Assembly: GCA_016868375.1 (NCBI GenBank)
Contig: VGHA01000004.1
Coordinates: 10,081-74,080, forward strand
Origin: Betaproteobacteria bacterium
Lineage (GTDB): Bacteria; Pseudomonadota; Gammaproteobacteria; Burkholderiales; Burkholderiaceae_E
Length of the DNA stretch: 64,000 nt
Direction of reading: 5' to 3'
Part shown: positions 36,301 to 48,300 of the stretch, one piece after another
Layout: each line of letters begins with the position of its first letter
How positions within the stretch are numbered: the first letter of the stretch is position 1
Position numbers and translations under genes: made by a program
Notes under the pieces: model-generated
What the model was told of the DNA's origin: nothing
What the model saw: the letters and a program-made list of their open reading frames with translations, nothing else
Databases searched by the model: none

Positions 36301-39300
36301 CCGAACCGGTTGGCACCGGCGAGCGAGATTGCGCCGGACGCGGTGAAGCTTGGCGCGCCCGACACGATCATTGCGCCGGCAGTCGACTGGCTGATCGCGC
36401 CTGCGCTCGCGCTCACGCTCAAGGCGGTGGCGGTCAGGTTCGCATCGAGGCGAATGTCGCCCGCATGGCTGATGGTGAGCTGCTGCGCTGCCAGGGCTGC
36501 GCTGGTTCGGCCCAGCGCAGGCTCCATCGCGAGCGCGCGACCGGCTGCGCCGGTGATCGACACATCGCCCACCACCAGGCGGTTGAGCGCCGCATCAAAC
36601 TGCTTGGCCACCGAGAATGACTGCACGCCCGAGAGCTTGAAGCTGTTGGTATCACCCGCGAGCAGGCTTGCGCCAAACACGATCGTGACATCGTCGCTGG
36701 CAGCCGGCGTGATGGTGATCGGGCTGGCATGCGCATTGACGCCGCCGGCCAATCGCACGCCGCGGTTGAAGATGACCGATGTCGCGCCCTCGACCACCAG
36801 CCGGCCATTGCCATAGATCACCAGTTCGTCTGCGAAGGTGATGGTGCCGGTTGCCTTGATCGTGAGATCGCCCGCCACATAGACGCTGTCCTGGAAGTTG
36901 ACGTCCACCGCCTCGGTGATGCGCAACAGCTCCAGATCGATGATGCGGTTGGCCGTGAGGCTGAAGCCTTCGCCCGAGCCCGTCGTGTCGCCCAGGCTGG
37001 CGCGCGACACAGTGAGGACGTCGCCGGACACATAGCCTCCGCCCAGCGATTCCAGACTCACCGAGGTGACGACGCCATCGGTCACAACCATATGCGCCGT
37101 CGCGCCGGTTCCCGTGCCGCCAAGTAGCGGAACGCTGCTGTAAATTCGGCCCGCCGACGCGGTGGGCTCCACGCCCGCCGTACTCGGCGTCATCAGAACC
37201 GATGCGCCTGAGGCCGAAGCCGAAGCAAGCTTTGCACCCGCGGCCGCGCCGGTTGCGCGCGTGGTGAGCAACGCCGCCACCTTGGCGGCGATGTTGGCGT
37301 GCACCTGCTGCTGCGTCCCGCTGCCGCCCCCGGTGCCGTTCGCACTGAGGTCGTTGGCCACCACGGTGTAGACCACGTTGCCGCCTGCCACACCGCGCAC
37401 CACCACCTGATCACCGGCGATAAAGTCGCCCGCCAGACGCAGCCGGAAGGCATCGCCCTCGCTGCTGAGCGTGACCGAACCGCGACCCGCTTCGGTTGAA
37501 TACCCTGCGCCGCCCGTAAATGCGAAGTCGCCGTTCTCGAGGCTGCTGCCAATGCCACTGCCGATCCTGCCCTGCAGCGTGATGTCGCCGCCCAGCGCAC
37601 GCAGGGTGAGCGAGTCGCCCTCGAAGGCAGGCGTGCTCGGATCATCGACCCGGTCGCTGCCGTTGATGCGACCGGTGACGGTGAGATCAGGCGTACCCAC
37701 CGTGACGACGCCGCCCGAGGTCAAGGGAATGACGGTGGCCGTGACCGTGAACTCGCCTTCATTGCCCGCCTTGAGGCCGGTAAATCGAAGGCTCGTGCCG
37801 CTGCCGTCCACCGTGGCGCGCGCACCCGATCCCGGGTTGGCGAGCACGGTGGCTGCAGCCGCTCGCAGCCGCGCGGCAATGTTGGCAAGCGCCTGCGCGG
37901 GGGTGGCCGCGCCGCCGCCGCCCAAACCGTCAACCGTGAGGTCGCCGGCGGTAACGGTCAGCGTGATGTCGGCGGTGGCTGCGCCGCGTACGGTGATCTG
38001 GTCGCCCGCGACGAAGTTACCCGACAGATCGAGGCGGTATTCCTGCGCACCGAACACCGCGCTTCGTGCGGTATCGCCTGAGGTCAGCGTCACATCGCCG
38101 AAGATCCTGAGCGCGTCATTGATGAACAGGCCCTCGGTCATCTCAAGCTCGGTTCCGCCCGGCGCGGTACCGTCGAACTCGGTGGTGTTGCCCGAGCCCT
38201 GCACCTCGGTCTTGGTGCCCTTGATCTTTCCGCCAACCCGCACCTTGCCGCCATCGCCCTGCGCCTGAATCACCAGCGGTGTGCTCATCGCAAGCGAAGT
38301 GCCCGAACCGCCGAGCGCGACAGGGTTCGAGCCACCCGTGGCACCCACCACCAGCACAGGAATCGCGCTGACCTGAGAGGGATCGAGGCTTACGCCCGAG
38401 CCGCCCGAGCCGCCAATCGAAATGGGCGCATTGGGATCGGCGGGCTTCAACTGCAGACCCTGCCCGGCGTTTTCCGAGGCCATCTTGGCCAGCGCCTCGG
38501 CCGACAGCGCACCATCGACTTTCTGCGCAGTGACCACCTGCGGCGCACGATCAGCCGGGATCACCTTGGCGAGTTCGAACTTGGTTGTGGCGGCTGGCGT
38601 CGCGCGCAGCACCGCTTCGCTCAGCTGTACCGCGCCTGCCAGCGGGTCGCGAATCGAACCAAACACCAGCTTGTAGTAGCGGTAAGGCGTGGCGTTGGCA
38701 AAGGTGACCGCGCTGCTGGCACCGCGATCGGTGAGCAGGTTGGTGGGCGCATTGGTGGCCAGTTCAGTCCAGGCCCCGCTCGCCCAGGCAAGGTTGTCAT
38801 TCGCACCATAGACCGACACAGTCATCGGGTCGCGGCCCGGCTGATCGGCTGCGCTCGTCAGCACCAGCTCGTTGGCGGCGGCTGCCGTGGCAAGCGTGAT
38901 CGTGAATCCCGCTCCCGATTCGCCAATACCCAGATACTGCGTGCTCGCCCGAGCGTCGATGACATTCGACGCTGCGGTGGCCGGTGTAGCCTGCGGCACC
39001 GACACTTTGGCCTCGGCAATCTGTACCCGGCCAGCCGCGGCATCGCGTACGCCATTGAAGATGACCTTGTAGTAGCGGTAGGCGGTGGTGTTGCTGAAAA
39101 TCGCATCCACCGTCGCGCCCCGGGTGGCGGGCAGATTGGTGGCCTGATTCTCTGCGATCAGCGACCAGGCCGAATCATTCCAGCCCAGGTCGGTGTTCGA
39201 GCCGTAAACAGTAAAGCTGGTGGGATCGCGACGCGCGTCCTCACGCGAGGTGGTGAGCGTGAGTGACTTGGCCACGCCCGGCTGCGCGAGCGTGAACTTG

Positions 39301-42300
39301 AGCCCGGCATTGAGGTTGCCGAGGTTGACCTTGGGTTGCGCGGTGCCCGGTGCCACGTTGAAGGTTTGCAGTGTGGCGCCATTGGCCGCACTGCTTACCG
39401 TCAATTTGAGCGTCGATGCATTGCCCAGATACACCAGACCATCGGTGCGCGCGAAATAAGCGCCCAGCGCTGCACGGGTTCCGGTGATCACTCGGGCCGA
39501 ATCGCTGCCGTTCACCGAAATGCCCGGTGCGGGTTGAGCAAAGAACACGCCGCCCTGCGCACCGGTTTCGGTAATGGTGACCTTCAGGGTCTCGACACCC
39601 GCTGCGGCTGAGCTACCACCCAGCGCTGCGGCTTCCTGCGCAGTCAGCAGAACCACCCGTGCGGCAGGCGCCACAAAGCTGGTATCGGCGCGGCCGTCAA
39701 TGGCCGCGGCGGGCCCTGAATTCGATCCCGACAGCGCGGTGATCGGCGAGCCGCTCACCGTTGTGATGGCAGGCAGCGCTGCCGGCGCGGGCGACGCAAC
39801 GGCCGCGGTTGCCTCAAGCGATATCGCGCCGCCGGCGTGGTTGAGCAGCTGCCCTTCAAGCGTCAGGCGTTCCGACACATCAAGCGTGAGCCCGCCCACC
39901 ACCAGATCCGATTCGATCGCCAGCCGCTTGGCCACAATCCGCAGTTTGGTTGCGCCCAGGTTCATCGGCAGCTTCGTGCCCTGCGCGTCGGTGAAGCCTG
40001 CCAACCGGATGATGTCGCCCTGGATGACGAGCTGCCCCAGCGTTGAATCCCAACGCACATCCTCGACGCCCGACAGCATGCGGATCACATCCGGTGCGCC
40101 GTTGACGCCCACCGCGACTCGGCCGAGCTCAACCAGCGTGCCCTGTCCCGTGGACTTCGCGGGCTGGGGCTTCAGCGCAAGCGTCAGCGTGTCATCGGCA
40201 AGCAGCGACACGCCGCCCGCGCTCTGGTCCTTCAACGTGAAGGCGCGTAACGAGCCATCCGGCGAAACCGTATTGCCGAGATTGACCAGGGTGCGGTCCG
40301 CGCCCGCCGTTGCAGTCAGCGTGATGGGTGCGGCGCCCAGTCGGGTCATCGTGAAGCTGTCAGCCTTCGCGCCCAGACGCAGATCGTCAAGTGCGAATTT
40401 GGTGAGCCGCATGCTGGTGCCGCTCGGATCGATCACTTCCAGACCCGACCCATTGAACACCGCGTTGATGGCGCTCGGGCGCGTGACATCAAGCGTAATC
40501 GCCTGCTCGCGAACATTGCTGCCATCATCGACGCGCATCATCAGCGTGCCGGGCGGCTGCGTAAGAATCACCACGCCGCCGGTGGCGGTGGCGCGCACCA
40601 CAAGCGACCCGGCAGGATCGCCTTCCAGCGACTCAATGCGCAGCACGCTACCCTGACGCGATATGTCGGCGCGCAGGCCTTCCAGCGTCTGCGCCTGGGC
40701 GGCGATGCGTGCAGCGATATTTGCTGCAGCCTGATCCGCCGTGGCCGTTCCGCCGGTCCCATCCCCCTTGACCGTCAGATCCCGTGCTTCGACCGTGACC
40801 ACCAGGTCCGTCTTCGCAATACCGGCGACACGCACCGTGCTGCCCACCACGAAGTCGCCCTTCAGCTCGAGCCTGAACACATCGGTGGAGGTGAAGGTGA
40901 GGTTACCGGGTCTGGACAGGTAGTCGGCGATGGTGTCAGACGTGCCGGTGATCGAGAACGATTCGGCGGTGTTGCTCACCGACACCCGCGGCAGCGTCAG
41001 GCTGCGATTGATCGTGAGGCGATCACTCTGCGATCCGGTGACCTGAATGACAAGCGACTGGGCATTGCCGTCGTAGAGCACATTGCCCGCAGTGCCAAGA
41101 TAGCTCTGCAGCGCGGCCGCCGACCCCGTCACCACAACACGTCCCGCGCTTGAACTCGGGTTAAGGGTGATGCCCTCTGCCGGCTGCAGCGACAACGCGC
41201 CAAAGGGCAGCTCAGACAACGGCGTGCTGCCAGACCGCAGCGATACCTCGGCGATCTGCATGGCCGTGGCTCGGCTCGCATCACGCACCGTGGGGAACAG
41301 CACTTTGTAGTAGCGGTAGGCAGTGGGCTCGCCGTTGATCGCCACCGTGTTGCTTAAGCCTCGCCCACTCACCGCGCCGAAGGTGCTGCCGCTTGTAATC
41401 TGGGTCCAGCTGTCCGAGCCCCAGGCTGCAGAATCGTTGGAGCCATACAGCACGAAGTTGATCGGATCACGCTCGGGCGCATCGGCCGCAGTCGTGAACG
41501 CAATCGAATTGGCAGCCAGCGGTACCGGATAGCTGAACACCAGACCCGTGTTGGTCTTGTGATAGTTCAGGTACTTGCTGGCGGCCCTGCTGTCGACCAC
41601 GTTGGCCGGCCCCTCGCTGGCGGGCGAATTGGCGCGATCGGGCCAGGCGTTGGATGCACCCGCCACCGACACGCCCACCGCAGGAACGAGCACGGTGGCT
41701 GTCAGCAGATCGGGCAGGCGCGCCGGTATCACGCGGTCGGTCGCCAGTGGCGTCACCGTCCGGTCATCGTTCAGCAGATAGCCCAGCCTTGCGAAGCTGG
41801 TGGTGTCGTAACTCGATCCGCTGGTGACATTGCGCTGCTCATACTGGCGCAGTTCAAAGTAATAGCGTTTGCCCGCCACCATCGGCACCGCTTCGCTGCG
41901 CGCCGAACCGCTCGACTCCGAATCTTCGGCAAGCTTCACAAATGACGCACCGCTGGTGGCACCACTGCCCGAGGTCTCAAACCACAGACTTGCGCGGTCA
42001 TTGGCCTCGAGATCGAAGGTGTAGCTGCCGCTTACCTCGGGCACAAACCAGCCTGACAGCATCTGGCGCGCCTGACCGTTGTTGTCGATCTGCGGATAAC
42101 CGAGTTCGACTGAACCCGAGCGAAGCGCCAGGCCTCCGGTCGGGCCAGTCTCGGGTCCACTCACGAAACCAATGCCGCCACGATCGGTCGTGTAAGACAC
42201 GCCTGGCACCAGCAGCCCGGGCATCACCACATCGCGGTTCAGGCTGGCATCGAGATAGCCACCATCGGGCGGGAAGAAGGTGACCGTGACGAGGCTCGAG

Positions 42301-45300
42301 TCGGCATCCACCACCGCACTGCGATCAAACACGATCGGGGTCGGCTCGCCCGCCACCGCACCAAGGGTTTCGGGCACCATCAGGCTCGGCGCGGCATTGG
42401 TGGGCGTGATCGGCATCGCGTACAGCCGATTGTTCTGGCCCGCCGCGAACAGCGTTTCGCCGCTCGTATCGAGTTCGGCCGCGGCCCAGTCGATCGACTG
42501 AACCGCCACGCCCAGGTAATCCACCGGCCGCCACTTGGCGCCGGAATCGGTGACCACCCAGAGGCCGCGGGACTTGCCCGATGCGGCCGCCGCCATCACC
42601 TTGCCATCACCCGACAGGCTGACCGCAGTCCAATCGGCCGTTGCCGTCGAGACCTGCCGCCAGGCCCAATCCACCTGAGAGGTATCGGCGATATAGACAT
42701 GCCCGCCCTGTGCGGCGGCCACCAGCACGCGGCCGGTTTCGTCGCTATCGACCGATACCCAGTTCGCATTGGCCGGCAGCCCGTTCATGGCCTCGGTCCA
42801 GGTGATTGCCCCGCTCTGAGCAACAAGCGCGGTGTAAACCCGGTTGCCAGCCGTACCGTTGCCTGCTGCACCGGCCGCCGCCACCAGTCGGGTACCGCCC
42901 GCATCGGTGGCAATGTCACTCCAGTTGAGTGCGGGTGCGCCCGCCTGAGCCGACCAGTCAATCGCACCCGGTTCCAGAACGCGTACCTGCGTGTCGGTGT
43001 CGCGCGTGCCCTGGTCATTGCGGTTGTAGAAGTACGTCTCGCGGCTTGCAGCATCGGCCACCAGCAGTCGGTTGCCTGCGATCACCGCGGAGGCGCTGTA
43101 GTTGTCACCCAGCGTGAGCGTGCTCTGAAGATTGAGATCGATCGAGGGCCGCGCAAAGCTGATCGTGTAGGCCTTGTCGACATCCAGGCGGCCTGCGCCA
43201 AGCGGCACCGCCGACGCCCGATCCACCGCAAGCTTGCCCGCACCCACGAAGATTGAGCGGGTCTCCAGCACGCGGCCGCTCATCACGCTCGCGGTGGTCA
43301 TCGTGAGCGAAGTGGCTGCGCCCGAGTAGCGGATCGCATCGGCCTGCGCCAGGTACGCAGAAAGCGCCGCCCAGCTGCCCGTAACAGTGCGCGCTATATC
43401 GGTGCCGCCAATCGTGATGCCGTCAGCCGCATTGGCGATGACCGAGCCACCTGCCGAGCCGACCACCGCGAAGCTGACAGACAGCTGCTCGGGTGCGCTG
43501 CCCAGCCAATTGGCGGGCAGTACCTGGGGTGCTGCCTCACTCGCGCGGCTGACGCCCACCTGGACGAAGTCGCCGCCGCTACCTTCCTTGTGCAGCAGTT
43601 CAAATCGATACGACCGCCCCCGTTCCAGGGTGATCGCCGCCGACCGCTGCGATGCATTGCGGGTCCAGTTACCCTGTCCGGCCGCGCCATCCAGGAAGGC
43701 GACGCGGGTGAGCACACCCGACCCGGTGCCGCTGGTGTCGACCCACAGTTCGGCCGAATCGTCGGCGGTGACCCAGAGGCGGTAGCTGCCGCTTTCGGGC
43801 GGTGTGATCCAACCCGACAGCCGCTCGCCATAGTTGTCGCGGTTAGGCGAGAGCTCGAGATTTCCGCTGACGCGTTCGATCGAGCTGGGTGCGCCGGCGT
43901 ACCGCGCATTGCCGGTGAGATCCGAGACGCGTGTGCCGCCCACATCAAGCCAGCGCTCGACGCGGAAGCCGCCGGCCGCGATCGGCTCACCCGCAAGCGG
44001 CGTCGATCCGATGGGTACCGTGCGCGGGGCCGGGGCCTCGGCGCTGACCCGGATATCGAGTTGTTGACCATTGGTCAGCGCAGTCACGTTGCCCGCAGTG
44101 CCGAGGAAGCCCTGCAGCGCATGGATCGAACCGGTCAGCACGCGGGTCGCCTCAGTGCCGGACGCCGCAATGCCTGCGGGCAATGCCGCCAGCTGCACCA
44201 CACCGTAGGGGATGGCGGCAATTGACCGTCCCGCGGACAATAGCGTGGCCTCGGACAGGTGCAGATAACGCTTGCCATCAGCGCTTTCACCCTTGACCTC
44301 GGTAAAGACCAGCTTGTAGTGGCGGAAGCTGGCCTGGTTCTCGACCGCGACCGTGCTGGAGGCGCCGCGCTCGTTGCCAAGGCCGGTACTGCCTTGGTCG
44401 ATCAGGGTCCAACCCTGCGCGTTCCAGTCGCTGCTCGCATTCGATCCCCACAACTGCCAGGCCTTGGGATCCCACTGCCAGTTGTCGTCGTTGGTGCGCG
44501 TGACCAGCCGCAGTTCATCAACCGATACCGATTGCGGTGCGCTGAACACCAGACCGCTTCCCGGACCATCGAAGTTCAGGTACTTGGTGCCGGTTCTGCC
44601 ATCGGCCGCGTTTTGCGCGCTCTCGCTGACAGGCGAATTGGCCACTGCGCCCGCGGCATTGGAGCCGCCAGACACCACGACACCACCGGCCGGTGCCGAC
44701 AGCGTGACCGTGACCTGGGACGGTGTGTCAGCCACATACCAGCTGGCGGGCACAGGCTGAATCGCGGTGGTGCCGACGCGCGCATAACCGATCCGGATAA
44801 AGTCGCCGCCACTACCTTCCTTCAGCAGGGCTTCGAAGCGATAGAGCTTACCTTTCTCGAGGCTGATGTTGGCCGATCTCTGGACGGGGGTCCGGGTCCA
44901 CTCGTTTGTGCCCACCGCACCGGTGACCTGAGCCACCCGGGTGAGGCTGCCCTCACCTGTGCCCGACACGTCGAGCCAGAGCTCAGCCGAATCATCGGCG
45001 GTCATGAACAGGTTGAAGCTGCCGCTTTCGGTCGGCGCGAAATACCCCGATACGCGCGCACCGTAGTTGTCGCCGAGCTTGTCGATCAGCAGTCCGTCAC
45101 TGCTTACCGCGACTTCGCTCACCGAGGAGCTTCGGTTCGGGTAGAGCGGCGAGCCGGTCAGCGCCGACACAGCGGTTCCGCTCAGCGTGTTCCAGACCTC
45201 CAGCGTCACCGTGCCGGTCGCAAGCGACGTGGTCACCGGCACCGCGGTCAAGGCCTGGCTGCCCGCCACGCGCACCTGCAGCTGCGTGCCGACGCCAGTG

Positions 45301-48300
45301 AACTGAACATTGCCCACCGTGTTCAGGTAGCGATGGAGCGCATGCACATTGCCAGTCAGCGACTGGCTGATCGAATCACCCGACACCGTGATGTCCGCCG
45401 CCGGCTGGGTCGATACCGATCCATACGGTTTGGCCGCCAGCGCACTGCCCTCGCCAAACAGCATCACCTCGGCAACCTGCATGCCGGAGGCCCGCGCGGC
45501 GTCGCGAAGCGTGGGGAACACGAGCTTGTAGAAGCGGTAGGCGGTATCGGACTCGATCGCAACCTCGCTTGCAACGCGGCGCGCGCTGGAAAGCCCGGTG
45601 CCACCCGAGGCAATCTCGACCCATTCCGAGCCCGCCCACTCAGCCGACTCGTTCGAGCCATAGAGTACGAAGGTGATCGGATCGCGCTCAGGGGCATCGT
45701 TCGCGCTGACCAGACGCAAGGTGTCAACGACCTGGGCTTGCGGATAGGCGAACACCAGCCCGGTGTTGAGCTTGTCGCGGTTGAAGTAATTGCTCGAGGA
45801 ATCACCGTCAAGCACATTGAGCGGGCCCTCGCTCGAAGGCGAGTTGGCCTGACCGCCCGCGGCATTCGAGCCGCCCAGTACTACCACGCCACCCGCGGGC
45901 GCGGTGAGCGTCACCGTGAGATTGGCCGGCAGATCCGGCAGCACCCAGTGCGAGGGCACAGCCGACACCGCCGTGGTGCCCGCCTTGGCATAACCGACCC
46001 GCACGAAATCACTGCCTGAGCCTTCTTTCAGCAGGATCTCGAAGCGATACAGTCGGCCCCGCTCGAAGTTCAGATTGGCCGATTTCTGCGAGGCGAACTT
46101 GGTCCATTCGCTGGCGCCGGTGGCTGAATCAAGCGAGGCCACACGGGTCAGCGCGCCGGTGCCATCGCCCGACAGATCGACCCACAGCTCGGCTGAATCA
46201 TCACCGGTCAGGAAGAGATTCACTGCCCCGGTTTCCGACGGCGCAAGATAGCCGCGGATCCGGGCACCGTAGTTGTCGCCGCCTGGATTGACCGAGAAGC
46301 CGCCGTTGCCGTTGGCATCCACCGGCGAGAGCGCGATCTCGCGAACCGAGTTCGAATTGTTCGGGAAATTCGCCGAGTTTCGAAGCGCCGACAGCGTCGT
46401 GCCGGCAATGCCTGACCAGGTTTCCACCGTGACCGCGCCCGAGGGCAGCATGGGTGCGAGCGTGACCGGCTCGATTGCGTCGCTCGCCGCCCCCACGCGA
46501 ACGTCGAGGGTGCGCGCCTCACCCGAGAAACGGATATTGCCGGGCTGCGTAAAGTAGGTGTGCAGCGCCGGCAGCGAGCCGGTAAAGGTGCGCTGCGTGG
46601 CGGTGCCACCCACGGTGACAGCCACCCCTGCAACCGTATCGCCCGAGATCTCGCCCACGCCGCCCATGGGCACGCTCAACGTCACCGTGAGCTGATCGGG
46701 CGTCTGGCCCGCCACGAGCCAGCTGCCCGGAATCACCTGCACCGCGGTGCTGCCAGCCTTCGAATAACCCACCTGCACGAAGTCGCCGCCAAAGCCCTCT
46801 TTGTGCAGCACTTCAAAGCGGTAGAGCTTGCCTTTCTCAAGCATCACCGAGGCGCTCCGCTGGCCGGGCGTCTGAGTCCAGTTGCCACGGCCCACCGGTG
46901 CGTCAACCGATGCAATCCTTGCAAGCGCGCCTTCGCCGGTGCCCGAGGCATCGAGCCACAGCTCAGCGGAGTCGTCGCCCGCAATCCAGAGTTGATAGTT
47001 ACCGGTCTCGGGCGGCGTGATCCAGCCCGAGATGCGATCGCCGTAGCTGTCGCTTCGTCCGCTGTAATCGAAGGCGCCACTCATCTCGGCCAGTCGCGTG
47101 GCCGGCAGTGAGAAGCCGCTGTTCGAGAAGGTGAGGTCCGACACCCGGCTGCCGCCGATGTTTTCATAGAGCTCGACGGTGGCCGAGCCGCCCAGGAAGG
47201 GCGAGCCCTGGAGCGCAATCGTCTGGGTGGTCTGCCAGGTTGTGCCGCCGTCATTGGAGCTCACCACGCCGCCGCCCGCGACGGTGGCAACGATGGTGTC
47301 GCCGTCCTCGGAGATAGCCGCCGACGAATAGTTGACGCCGGTAGGCGCATTGGTGGCCAGCATCCAGCTGATGCCGCCATCGTCGGACAGATAGATGCCG
47401 CCGCTCGCCCCTGAGCTGTCGGCCGATGCAACCGATACCGCCACCTGCCGCACAGGCGACACGGCGATGTCAGTCCAGCCCATTACCTCAGCGCTCGCCG
47501 CGCCCACCCGAATCGTGCTGCGAACCGTGTTGAGCGCAGAATCAGCGCGGATCTCAACCGACAACCGCTCCTCGGTGGCCTCGCCCGCGAACGCGTAGCG
47601 CACCTTGCCGGGCTTGGTGAAGAACGCATTGAGCGTATCCAGGCGACCCGTGAACACGCGTTCGGTTTCGCTGCCGCTTACGACCACACCATCGCCCGAC
47701 TGGGCAACGATCTCGCCGCTGCCGACTCGCAGCGTCACGCTCAGATCCTGGCCGGTTGGCCCGCCGAAAGGCTTGCCGTAGAACAGCAGGTTCGACACAA
47801 AGCGGGTGTCACCCACCGGGCGCAGTGCGCCGAACTCGGTCGGAATGGACACGGTCGGCAGGTTCGCCGTGGGCCCGGTGAGCGCAAGGAGCGCCGCGGG
47901 CACGCGGCCTGAGAAGTCAAGATCAGAGAGCTCGGCATCGGACTCGCCAAGGATGCGGTTCGACCCCACTGCCCCCACGAACACATAGCGGTCCAGCCCG
48001 CGCCCACCGGTGAGACGGTTGACGCCCGCCACCGCATACATCCAGTCGGCGCCCTCGCCGCCCAGAAGCGTATTGGTACCCATGCCGCCCAGCAGCACAT
48101 CATCGGCCGCACCACCGATCAGCGTGTCATCGCCCGCACCGCCCACCAGCGTGACGGGCACCTGGCTGCGGCTTGCGTCGATCGTGTTCTTGCCGTTCAG
48201 GTCGACCACGGCGCCGCCGCCGGTGCCCAGCAGAATCGTGTCGTCGCCGTCGCCGCCACGCACATCAAAGCTGATCGTGTTGTCAAAGAGACGGGTGGCA

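Noticed and set aside
28150-36960. Periodic repeats as a CRISPR array or noncoding tandem repeat.
   Set aside because: The period is about 320 nt, the copies are degenerate, there is no spacer/repeat alternation, and everything is in-frame within the giant ORF.
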